A DNA stretch of 64,000 bases from a virus: the IMG/VR virus record IMGVR_UViG_3300003873_000004, positions 31,269-95,268 of that record; one strand, written 5' to 3'. The notes beneath the pieces are model-generated. The model worked only from the letters and a program-made list of their open reading frames with translations, was not told the DNA's origin and ran no database searches. The translations under genes and the position numbers were made by a program. Below are positions 50,949 to 59,886 of this stretch, in pieces. The stretch's first letter is position 1, and each line of letters begins with the position of its first letter.

Positions 50949-52301
50949 ATGAGATACGACAAAATAATTGAAATAATCAATGAGGCAAATTCAGCAAAGT
51001 TACGCGTAGAAAAGTTCAAATTATCATCGATGAAGAACATAGGCAAAAAAACGATTATTCTAAGACTGATGAATTTCGTCAAATCTAATCCAGAATACAG
51101 TGACGAAATTCATCTACCAGCTCCAACAGGGAAAGCCGCGGCATACAACAAAGACTCTATGACTGTGATTGCGGTGACAGATAAATCAATTTTAGCCCAT
51201 ATCAAACGCAGCATGAATATTTTTGACATTGCTTCTCAGAAAGGGGATGATGAATATGTTGTATCAAGTACAAACGGCAGCAAAGTGAAGTTTCGTCTGT
51301 CGTCTGGTCGAGGATTTTATTTTGATGGAGAGAAAGAGCAGAGTTCACCAACTACCGCACAGCAAGAAACCGGAACTATCAAGTTCCTAGAACATTTCAT
51401 CTACAATGGTAGGTACCCTTCTAAGAAAGAAGTAAGCGAAATTGTTGGTTTCAACTTTGACGATAAATGGTATAGTAGCTTTGTAAATCAAGCAGACGCT
51501 ATTACAAAATTTATACATTTAAAAAGTTCAATGAGAATTGATCTAGACAGTTCGAGTTCTTCTATAGGCAAGAAAGCATATAGTTTACTAAAACGAAATC
51601 ACGGATTCAAAGAATCGGATGATAATTGGAACCCAGCAGATATCTGGATTGTTGATACAGGCAAAGAAAGCAAAATATTAGCAGAACTTGATGCGGCCCC
51701 ATCCGTGTTAGATTTTAATGTGAAAATGAAAGAGTTTTTCGATGATAAAACTCTTATTGGTGTTTCCCTTAAGAAAATGCTCCATTCCGCTCAAGCAAAA
51801 GTAATTGATATATCCAAAGCCAAACCGTTCGATTTGTCATTCAAAGAATCTATATACAACGTCAGCAATACATATTGGGATATAGAAACAAGTGGATATC
51901 CAGAAAGATTTATGATTAGAGCCAGAGCAAAAGCCAAAACGATTACGAAGAAATCAGATATTAGAATATTCTTCGAAGGCAAACTAAAAAACAGTAGTGA
52001 ATTTCTTGGTGCTATTCCCACTAGATTTATTAAAACATCAGGATCAGATTCGGTAAGTTTTGACATAGACTACGATCATGTTGTATCAATGGCAAACGAA
52101 GTCGAAAAACTTGGATTTATGAAAGTCAAGAATTTGGAAGCTCTGAAATCTTCGGACGAAATGAAATTAACTTATGTCTATGTCATGCTAAGATACGCGC
52201 AAAAAATTTACTCGGCAGGCAAAAACAATTTACAAAATTTGGGTCGTGCTGGATTCAAACTCAATAAATTTTCTTCTGTACATCTAAAGGTTGGCGGGTA
52301 A
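50949..52301 (+). CDS. restriction-endonuclease-like PD-(D/E)XK protein
   Basis: QQE...WNPADIW...GVSLKK. Confidence 0.55.
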   Translation: MRYDKIIEIINEANSAKLRVEKFKLSSMKNIGKKTIILRLMNFVKSNPEYSDEIHLPAPTGKAAAYNKDSMTVIAVTDKSILAHIKRSMNIFDIASQKGDDEYVVSSTNGSKVKFRLSSGRGFYFDGEKEQSSPTTAQQETGTIKFLEHFIYNGRYPSKKEVSEIVGFNFDDKWYSSFVNQADAITKFIHLKSSMRIDLDSSSSSIGKKAYSLLKRNHGFKESDDNWNPADIWIVDTGKESKILAELDAAPSVLDFNVKMKEFFDDKTLIGVSLKKMLHSAQAKVIDISKAKPFDLSFKESIYNVSNTYWDIETSGYPERFMIRARAKAKTITKKSDIRIFFEGKLKNSSEFLGAIPTRFIKTSGSDSVSFDIDYDHVVSMANEVEKLGFMKVKNLEALKSSDEMKLTYVYVMLRYAQKIYSAGKNNLQNLGRAGFKLNKFSSVHLKVGG

Positions 52302-52304
52302 ACC

Positions 52305-53642
52305 ATGAACGAATCTATGCTATCAAACATCATCGATAAAATCGTAACGAAATTCAAAACAACAATTGAAATTTCAAGAGAACTAAAACGATTCAAAAAG
52401 GAATTTGCCAAGAATCCCGGTGCGGAAACTCGAAGAAAATTCGAGAAGAAAGCAGACAAAATTGCTTCAATGTACGGTGATCACAAACGCGAAGTAAAAA
52501 CAATGTTCATGTTGGCACTACAGGAGCAAGAAGAAAAAAAAATCGAATCGTTCACTAATTGGATAGACGAACAAGAACGACTAGATGAACGTCTGATTGT
52601 TTTGAACAATTCTAAGAAATATAATCAGGCGCTTGTACTTTCTGGGGGTGCTGGAAGCGGAAAAGGATTCGCACTCTCAAATTTCATCGATGTGTCAAAT
52701 TATAAAGTTCGTGACGTGGATGAAATCAAACGTCTTTTACAGAAAATATCATCACTTGGTAAAATCAATATAGAACAGTTATGGAAATCAGCAGACAAGA
52801 CTGAAATTTTACCAAATCAAGCGAAAATTGTGTCGAAAGTGTTGGCACAAAACCACTACAAATTAGAGAATCTTATTCTAAAAGAACCAGATCACGTTTT
52901 GACCCTACATATCATTGTTGATATTATTGGTTGGAAGAAGAAATCCATAGATTTGCTCAAACAGTCTATTCCAACAAACTCAGATCATAAACCAAATATT
53001 GTATTTGATATGACTTCGAAATCGAGATCATCAGTCAAAGCGATAGTTCAACAATGTCTAGATATGGGATATGAAGAAAAAAATATTCATCTTGTATGGG
53101 TATTGACCGATTATAAGATCGCCATCGAACAAAATAAAGCAAGAGAACGAGTCGTTCCTGAAGATATTATGTTAATGACACATCGAGGAGCAGCAAACAC
53201 TCTAACAGAACTAATGGCGGGTCAAGTTCCTCGCGGGATTGACGGAGCAATCTGGGTTATTCTAAACAATAGAGAAAATACGATATTCTGGAAGCACGGC
53301 GACGGGAACCTTAGGAACACGCCAGAACTTTATAACGATTCTACTAATCAGATATCAGCAGCAAAGGTCGATCAAGAAAAGTATGATCGAATTTATGGCG
53401 CCGGGGCTTTCGAGAAGAGAAATGCGCGAACAAATGGATCCTTTGAAAAAGAGAAAGCTGTAGTTAAATCGTTTTCCCGTATTCATGTCAAAAAAGCAGG
53501 AAAGCCACTTGGAGTAAATGTGATGCCATTTGCCACACAACTTTTTAATTGGGTGATAGCAAACATTCCAAGATCGGCAGTCGAAGCGCTAAGAACATCT
53601 TTCGGCGTTATTTTAGGTAAACATCATGGTAGTTCAATTTAA
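52305..53642 (+). CDS. P-loop kinase (zeta toxin/AAA_33-like) with N-terminal extension
   Basis: LSGGAGSGKG, DVD, VFDMT, N..RER.VP. Confidence 0.7.
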   Translation: MNESMLSNIIDKIVTKFKTTIEISRELKRFKKEFAKNPGAETRRKFEKKADKIASMYGDHKREVKTMFMLALQEQEEKKIESFTNWIDEQERLDERLIVLNNSKKYNQALVLSGGAGSGKGFALSNFIDVSNYKVRDVDEIKRLLQKISSLGKINIEQLWKSADKTEILPNQAKIVSKVLAQNHYKLENLILKEPDHVLTLHIIVDIIGWKKKSIDLLKQSIPTNSDHKPNIVFDMTSKSRSSVKAIVQQCLDMGYEEKNIHLVWVLTDYKIAIEQNKARERVVPEDIMLMTHRGAANTLTELMAGQVPRGIDGAIWVILNNRENTIFWKHGDGNLRNTPELYNDSTNQISAAKVDQEKYDRIYGAGAFEKRNARTNGSFEKEKAVVKSFSRIHVKKAGKPLGVNVMPFATQLFNWVIANIPRSAVEALRTSFGVILGKHHGSSI

Positions 53643-53692
53643 TGCTTGACAAGATCATCGAAAGAGTCTAGACTTTTGTTATTGAAGGAGAC

Positions 53693-53917
53693 ATGATGAT
53701 TAAATTTGAAGAGTTTAACCCAGACCCATATACAGGTATAAAAATATCGGATGGGAAGAAAACAATAGAATATCTTGCCGTTCAACTATATGACGAAATT
53801 ATATATTATGTTGAACGCAAGAAACCAGAGACAATCGAACAAGCGTGTGAATATATTGAAGAGTTTGAGAAGATGAATCTGGTCGAACGACTTCGTGCGT
53901 TGTGGGAACAGAAATGA
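53693..53917 (+). CDS. hypothetical protein
   Basis: Promoter and SD. Confidence 0.65.
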   Translation: MMIKFEEFNPDPYTGIKISDGKKTIEYLAVQLYDEIIYYVERKKPETIEQACEYIEEFEKMNLVERLRALWEQK

Positions 53918-54180
53918 TTGAATTTAAACCTATTTACGACGATTGGTACGACGACATAGAAATATGGGAAAACGATGTTTGCGTTTCTACTGTTTCTATC
54001 AATGTTGGCAAATATAATGATTTTGTAGAATACCTAAGTCGACAACCACCACCAAAAACAGTCAAAGATGCCGAGCAAGCGATTATTCGATATCGAGAAT
54101 TGTCGGACGAGAAAATTGCTTGTGTGCTCAGAGTGTTTGAAGAACAGAAAAGGCTAAATAAATCAACAGGAGATTTTTAG
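53914..54180 (+). CDS. hypothetical protein, paralogue-like to the previous ORF
   Basis: Both start M.I.F and share P.T..A...I. Confidence 0.6.
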   Translation: MIEFKPIYDDWYDDIEIWENDVCVSTVSINVGKYNDFVEYLSRQPPPKTVKDAEQAIIRYRELSDEKIACVLRVFEEQKRLNKSTGDF

Positions 54181-54230
54181 TGGCGTCGTTTAGAAAGACT
54201 AGCGAAGACTAAATCAACAGGAGATTTTTA

Positions 54231-54557
54231 GTGGCATCTTATAGTACAATCAAAAAGATAATGAATGAAAAGAAATCAGACTATCAGGTTTACTTTTCTT
54301 CGTATTCTGCAGCAATCAAAGAAATTGAAAAATATGGCGAAAAATATGGATATACTTTCGATGATACCTCTGATCCTACTATGATTGGTGATCAGATGGC
54401 AACCAAAGTAGGCATGGGGCCAAAGAGACCCAATCATGGTAGGACTAACAAATTTCATTTCGATCTCTACAAAAACAACAAATTGCAGAAGAAAAAATTA
54501 CATGCTCAGGTGTATGGTGACGAAGGTCGTTTTGAATTGAACCTGTACATTTCGTAA
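54231..54557 (+). CDS. hypothetical late protein
   Basis: SD; YFSSYSAA...LH.QVY....FELN.Y. Confidence 0.7.
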   Translation: MASYSTIKKIMNEKKSDYQVYFSSYSAAIKEIEKYGEKYGYTFDDTSDPTMIGDQMATKVGMGPKRPNHGRTNKFHFDLYKNNKLQKKKLHAQVYGDEGRFELNLYIS

Positions 54558-55000
54558 TGCTGAATTTCAAAGATTTTCTGATAGAGCGTTCTAATTTAGC
54601 CGCAGAGAAATTGGCAGCGTTGAAAAATAAAAAGGTTGCTCAGACACCAATCACGGCAGCACAATTAGATAAGTTAGAAAAACATCTCGACGCACTGTTC
54701 AAACATCTTAAGATCGACATTGAATTTTCGAAACATTTTTTTGATAGACTTCACGACAAGCGGAATGGTAAAACCATTTCTATTGACGAACTTAATGCTC
54801 TGTTCCAGAAAGTACATAAAAAGTTTGGTGTTGTTCTAACACAAGAGCCAGATAAGTTCGAAGCTGTGTTCAAATCAATTAAATCAAAGATAAATATACC
54901 TTTTGTAATCAAACTAAATAAAGGTATGATTGAAATAATTTCGAAAACTATAATGAGAAAGTCAAACTTTGGCACAAGCAACAAGGAATTGAAAGTATGA
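54557..55000 (+). CDS. capsid-targeting-like protein, possible RNase-fold domain
   Basis: MLNFKDFLIE; FSKHFFDR..D.RN...I...EL; KTIMRK. Confidence 0.6.
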   Translation: MLNFKDFLIERSNLAAEKLAALKNKKVAQTPITAAQLDKLEKHLDALFKHLKIDIEFSKHFFDRLHDKRNGKTISIDELNALFQKVHKKFGVVLTQEPDKFEAVFKSIKSKINIPFVIKLNKGMIEIISKTIMRKSNFGTSNKELKV

Positions 55001-55203
55001 AAATCACACCAAAAATCACAATTGCTAAATTTGAAAAGATGGGATATAATGTCGATAAGACAAAACGATACCTTCAAGCCGTAATTGGTGCTAAGATGAG
55101 CAAAGGCGACTCTGTAATCAGTTTCAGTTATGGCCGGATTTCATCGGACAACAAGGTGAGTTACTTTATATCACCGACGATAAAGCAGACGAAAAAGTTT
55201 TAG
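54997..55203 (+). CDS. hypothetical protein
   Basis: ATGA overlap. Confidence 0.55.
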   Translation: MKITPKITIAKFEKMGYNVDKTKRYLQAVIGAKMSKGDSVISFSYGRISSDNKVSYFISPTIKQTKKF

Positions 55204-55295
55204 TGTCTCATTTTAAGGAAATCACAAAGCAACAGAAGGGAAGATTTCCAGCGATCAAGCTGTATAAAACGAAGAGTTCGAAGGACGTAATCTAA

Positions 55296-55556
55296 ATGTC
55301 GCTATCCTCAGACCAGTTTAAAACATATAACAAAATGGTTCGAGACATATCGAAAGTTTACAAAGGCTCAAGATTCAATCATTTTGGCTTGTCTGGTGAT
55401 ACCATGCAAGTCAATGTAACCGTATCTAAGTTCATACCAGACGATAAGAAACGATCAATCACAGATATATTCAAAGAAAACGGCATGAAGAAAATCAAAG
55501 AGATTTATCAACCCGGCAGCGGTTCTGGTATTATTATTCAAGGTGTTGATAAGTAA
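55296..55556 (+). CDS. hypothetical protein
   Basis: Operon position. Confidence 0.55.
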   Translation: MSLSSDQFKTYNKMVRDISKVYKGSRFNHFGLSGDTMQVNVTVSKFIPDDKKRSITDIFKENGMKKIKEIYQPGSGSGIIIQGVDK

Positions 55557-56165
55557 ATGATAGATTATTTTGAATCCTTTTCTGATTGGTATTATAGAAC
55601 AAGCCCTTCAGATTTATCGACAATAGAAGAAGCGTGGTCTGCTGATGCTGTTCCAGAAAAACGATCAAAACCAGTAGAATTATTTCTTGGACGATTACAG
55701 CCGCCACATTTAGGTCATTTGAAAATCATCAAAGCGATGAAAAATCCTATTGTTGTTCTAGTGAAAGGGAAATTATCAAGCGCTGACAAGAAAAGAAATC
55801 CACTAGATACAAAATATCAAACAGTGTTACTACGAAAAATGATTCCCGGCTTGCGTGTCATTGTAGCAACCAACGGATATTTGCCAGAAATAATTTCTTC
55901 CTTGCGCGAAGCAACCAACAACGAAGTAGTAAAAGTTTATGCCGGTGAAGATCGAATCGCGGGATATAAGAAACAGTTAGATTCTATAAATAAAAAACTT
56001 GACAAGAACAAGCAGTTCATGGTAGACTTCATAAAGACGAAGAGATATACGTCAGCAACACAAGTTAGAGATTCTATCAAGGCAGACGACGAAGCAAAAT
56101 TTAAGACTATGATGCCAAAAGAAGTATGGGATGAATGGGACAAATTGAGAGGATTGATCAAATGA
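55557..56165 (+). CDS. HxGH cytidylyltransferase-like nucleotidyltransferase
   Basis: FLGRLQPPHLGH...AGEDR...SATQVR. Confidence 0.85.
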   Translation: MIDYFESFSDWYYRTSPSDLSTIEEAWSADAVPEKRSKPVELFLGRLQPPHLGHLKIIKAMKNPIVVLVKGKLSSADKKRNPLDTKYQTVLLRKMIPGLRVIVATNGYLPEIISSLREATNNEVVKVYAGEDRIAGYKKQLDSINKKLDKNKQFMVDFIKTKRYTSATQVRDSIKADDEAKFKTMMPKEVWDEWDKLRGLIK

Positions 56166-56422
56166 GTTTTGATACAATCAAACGAATCATAAAAGAAAAA
56201 GTAGATGCCTTTGTTGACATTCGTACAATGGATATGGATTCTGAGCAAGGAACAAAACTTCATACTACTCATTTGAAGAAAGCTAAAGCAGACTTGAAGA
56301 AAAATAAAATACTGTTTGGTGGTTCTGAATCCGCATGGGCTATAAAAGTAAATAAAAAGGATGTCGAGCAAGCTGTAAATGTGCTAAAACGCAACAAATT
56401 ACAGACGAAGGTAGATAAATGA
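56162..56422 (+). CDS. hypothetical protein
   Basis: MSFDTIKRIIKE. Confidence 0.6.
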   Translation: MSFDTIKRIIKEKVDAFVDIRTMDMDSEQGTKLHTTHLKKAKADLKKNKILFGGSESAWAIKVNKKDVEQAVNVLKRNKLQTKVDK

Positions 56423-56832
56423 ATCGTTGGCAGAGGGTGATCGCTGAAGATAAACTGGACGTAGAGCAGATCGATCAGAAGAAATTGATTTTCAATCTAA
56501 AACAGATCACAGCAAAACTTGGTTTGTCTTTTCGAAATGTTGTGCCAGAAATTAGACTCACTTTTACTAATGTGGAACTCGTGTTTCGTTTTGGTTCTCC
56601 GAGCATAGTTGATGTTAATGGTTCTACAAAATTATATAATTTCGATGTTATTATTCAAAACAACGGCGATATTGTAGTCAATGCGTCCAACAAAGATATG
56701 AAGCATCTAGTCGATTTGAATCGAGTGGGAAACGTCAAAACACTAAATAATCTGTATGATCGGCGCGGTCTGTTCCAGAAACAGATTGAGTTTGCTATCA
56801 AAACGATCAAAGATAATTTGGAGACAGAATGA
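56419..56832 (+). CDS. hypothetical protein
   Basis: MNRWQRVIAE; ATGA overlap. Confidence 0.6.
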   Translation: MNRWQRVIAEDKLDVEQIDQKKLIFNLKQITAKLGLSFRNVVPEIRLTFTNVELVFRFGSPSIVDVNGSTKLYNFDVIIQNNGDIVVNASNKDMKHLVDLNRVGNVKTLNNLYDRRGLFQKQIEFAIKTIKDNLETE

Positions 56833-57479
56833 AAACATTAAAACAATTTCAGTCGATCAACAGCAAAGACAAAGAAGGCAAATTTCTCGCACAATATGAT
56901 TTTGACACTCAGAAAATGAGTCCAGCAGAAATCAAGAAATATGTCAAGGGTCTGTCGAAAGAACAGAAGAAAATTCTAGCTGATGTAGACAAGGCCGAAC
57001 AAGACAAAGAAGATCGTAAAGCACAGTATGAGTCGGTGAAGGTTGGATCGACAGTCAGTTACACCAGCAAACAGTTATCATCTAAAGGCAAGACAAAGAA
57101 AGGTAAAGTAATCAAAGTGGATGGAGAGAAAATCACCATCGACACTAATTCTGGGTTCTCCAAGACGAAAAGCTATCCTACTGTTTTGAAAGCTGACGAA
57201 TATACAGTATTGAAAGAAAGTATTAAATCGTTCGACGAGTTTGTGAATGAAAGTAAAATATTCGGGAAAGAGATAAAACACGGGAAGATAAAACTGGTTC
57301 GAAACGCTCCGGGCAAACCAATCGATATTTTTGTTTCTGGCGAAAAGGTTGGTCTTGTACGATTCGAAAGTGGTGAAGACTACGAAACATATTGGGTATT
57401 ACTTGATGGGGTGAAGGGCAAACACGAAGAATTTACCTTGGATGGCGTTATAAGATACATCAAAAAGACAACAAGTTGA
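56829..57479 (+). CDS. multi-module protein with internal capsid-targeting-like motif
   Basis: MKTLKQF...LKESIKSFDEFVNE. Confidence 0.65.
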   Translation: MKTLKQFQSINSKDKEGKFLAQYDFDTQKMSPAEIKKYVKGLSKEQKKILADVDKAEQDKEDRKAQYESVKVGSTVSYTSKQLSSKGKTKKGKVIKVDGEKITIDTNSGFSKTKSYPTVLKADEYTVLKESIKSFDEFVNESKIFGKEIKHGKIKLVRNAPGKPIDIFVSGEKVGLVRFESGEDYETYWVLLDGVKGKHEEFTLDGVIRYIKKTTS

Positions 57480-57538
57480 AATATATTGCTTGACAAGAGC
57501 ATCTAAATCATCTAGCATTATCACATAGGAGTTAAACA

Positions 57539-57838
57539 TTGAAAACATATAACGAATTTATTACAGAAGCGGCATCAAAGGCAGGCAAACGTATTCTTGC
57601 TCGCACACTAAAGCAGAAATTGTCTGATGCTTGGACAATTGGCGGTGGTGGCACTCTAGTTGCTATGGGCGATGCTGACGAAGTTTCTATCGAAGATGCG
57701 GTAAAAGTGTTGTCTAAAATCTCTGGAGTTGGTGAGTTCAAAGACGCTAAACTTGCTGGCGGTAAGAAATCCTCATTTGATGGCGGTATTATTTCCGTAA
57801 TTGAAACTGGTGGCAATGTTCGCGTGGAATATGCTTAA
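57539..57838 (+). CDS. internal head protein-like
   Basis: MKTYNEFITE, close to T4 IPII/IPIII MKTYQEFIAE; TTG start with AGGAG. Confidence 0.7.
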   Translation: MKTYNEFITEAASKAGKRILARTLKQKLSDAWTIGGGGTLVAMGDADEVSIEDAVKVLSKISGVGEFKDAKLAGGKKSSFDGGIISVIETGGNVRVEYA

Positions 57839-57870
57839 CTCTTTTTAGATTTACCAAAGATACGATCATA

Positions 57871-57902
57871 GGACGACCGATATTTGTCGGTCGTCTCTTT
57901 TT
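57871..57902 (+). terminator. intrinsic terminator at the convergence point
   Basis: GACGACCGA-loop-TCGGTCGTC followed by a T tract. Confidence 0.75.
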
Positions 57903-57916
57903 GGTTCTCACTACCT

Positions 57917-58420
57917 TTAGCCATTTTTCTTCATTCCTTTCTGTGCGAACATGAACATGCCCTCAGGGTGACGTAATAAAATATCAGGATTGCCGTTTTC
58001 TTTGGCAAATTTCTTAATGTGATCTACTTGATCATTCTTTCCCATGAATTTTGCCCAATGTTGATGTTTTGCTCTACCAAGTCGGGCCTTCGAAAATACT
58101 TCTGAATCAACATCGAAGAACGGTTTACCAAACGCTGTTCCGTGTGATACTGCCTTTGATACACCATCTGATGCGGCGTGTGATGCTAGTGCTACTCCAG
58201 TGGTAACGGTTTCAACTAAGTCGGTTTTCCATTTTGATACAGCGTCAACCAGATATTGAGGGTCAGACACGAACAAAATAACACGGTCGTCGAATTTCTT
58301 GATCATAAGTGATTTCTTACCATCTGTAAGGCTGTGTTTGGCTTCTTCGAACCACTTCGCATATTTTTTAATTATTTTTTCGTACCCCTTTGGGGTGAGA
58401 ACCTTTTCCGTTGATTTCAT
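57917..58420 (-). CDS. conserved T4-like hypothetical protein
   Basis: FDVDSEVF.K...G..K...W; minus-strand operon. Confidence 0.65.
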   Translation of the reverse strand: MKSTEKVLTPKGYEKIIKKYAKWFEEAKHSLTDGKKSLMIKKFDDRVILFVSDPQYLVDAVSKWKTDLVETVTTGVALASHAASDGVSKAVSHGTAFGKPFFDVDSEVFSKARLGRAKHQHWAKFMGKNDQVDHIKKFAKENGNPDILLRHPEGMFMFAQKGMKKNG

Positions 58421-58421
58421 T

Positions 58422-58928
58422 CTATGCTTCCTCGTCCATAATGAATCTTGTATTTTTTCCAGAGATTATATCTTTTCCTTCATATACAGTCCAGTAATGT
58501 AGGAAAGTATCATCTGTTCGTTTTATGTTTCTGATTAGTTTGTCACCAATTATCACATTTTCCTGTAATGCGTTTGGCGGTGTAGCGATATAAGGAACTT
58601 CGATGTTCAATTCTTCTATAATATATTCAATCGTTTCTTCGTTCAATTTCATTTCTTCTTTCAACAAAAACAGCGCCGCTGCTAGTGAACCAAACTTAGA
58701 CTTGCCTCCAGGCAATCTCTGAACTAATCTCTTGATATTGGCCGCCAAAACTTTCATCAACCCCATTGACTCTTGCTCTGGTTTCGTTTTAGAATCACGA
58801 ATTTTCTTTCCGTTTTTGTCAATCAACCCAAGTTCAAAGGCGTCCCATTCATCCCATGGCTTGGTGATTTGTCGAACAAGTCGATATGCTGTGAGTAATT
58901 GTATCGATCCTGTTCCAGCAAATGACAT
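58422..58928 (-). CDS. conserved T4-like hypothetical protein
   Basis: W.AF.LG.ID..G...AAALFLLKE. Confidence 0.75.
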   Translation of the reverse strand: MSFAGTGSIQLLTAYRLVRQITKPWDEWDAFELGLIDKNGKKIRDSKTKPEQESMGLMKVLAANIKRLVQRLPGGKSKFGSLAAALFLLKEEMKLNEETIEYIIEELNIEVPYIATPPNALQENVIIGDKLIRNIKRTDDTFLHYWTVYEGKDIISGKNTRFIMDEEA

Positions 58929-58929
58929 T

Positions 58930-59310
58930 CTAAATCTCCTTCAATGTATTTATGATTGATCTGTCGGCTTTAATTTTTGGCAAATTTACTTCACCAATTC
59001 TATCTGGAAGAACATTCAAAAAGCATAAAACAGATTTCAGCACAGCATGACACTCTGGAGGGCAGATGAAGAACAACATTTTCGATGTAGGTGTAGCGCC
59101 AAACACATTAGTCAAAATAATAATATGATTTAATAAACATCTTGGGTCAATATCATTTTGATCTCGTATATGTCTCAAAATCAATCTCTTGACATTGTTC
59201 AATCTTCGTAAATCGGAATTATATTCAGCAAGACTGGAGCAAGCGCGGGTATCGTAGTTTTTAGTGGCGTAAATCGCAAAAGACTCTTGATTTAGTTTGT
59301 CAAAATTCAT
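58930..59310 (-). CDS. conserved T4-like late protein
   Basis: L...F..YA...Y...C....E...D...R..LNHII.L.NVFG; CTAAATA-N5-ATG. Confidence 0.8.
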   Translation of the reverse strand: MNFDKLNQESFAIYATKNYDTRACSSLAEYNSDLRRLNNVKRLILRHIRDQNDIDPRCLLNHIIILTNVFGATPTSKMLFFICPPECHAVLKSVLCFLNVLPDRIGEVNLPKIKADRSIINTLKEI

Positions 59311-59342
59311 GTTGATATTTAGTTGAAGACGAGTCGAAGTTT

Positions 59343-59745
59343 TCTCTTGACTTCTTGTTTCGAAACTGCTAGAATGCTTCGAGTACATTAAGTAGACATA
59401 GAGATTGATAGAAACAAAGTTAAAAAGAAATAGATCGTTGCGAAGCCGAAGGCGTAGCTTCCGTAGCGCAGCGAAGGAGAAGTTTAGAGTTATTAGATAT
59501 ATTGGCGTAGCCAGAGTTGCTCGAGAGGTTTTAGACTTTGGTTGAATTAGATACGCTCTAGATCATATTGAATTGGTTTAGCGCAGTTGGACTGCTAGTT
59601 AGGACACCTGTGCACTTCGAACAAGGATCTGGACAGTATCTTGATGACGTTGAACTACGCCTTCGGCACTTCGAGCTTCGCTCTCCGAACGTGCTATTTC
59701 TTCATCAATATTTCTCTTGACAAGAACATCAAGATGATGTAAAAT
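59343..59745. repeat. large intergenic quasi-palindromic element, copy 2
   Basis: Matches 4405-4920; core at 59579-59644. Confidence 0.9.
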
Positions 59746-59886
59746 AGATTCTAACACCATTTTAATGGTTTAGACTACCATTGTATCAATTCTACATTCT
59801 AAAGCGTTTAAGACGTACTCTAGAGGCTAGAAACATATTAAACAAAGTTCTTGACAAGAGCAAACAACAAGTGTAGTCTCTAGACA

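Noticed and set aside
59311-59388. N-terminal extension of ORF 58930, and ORFs 4385-4570 and 4626-4874
   Set aside because: Translations of the repeat element; the late promoter defines the start at 59310
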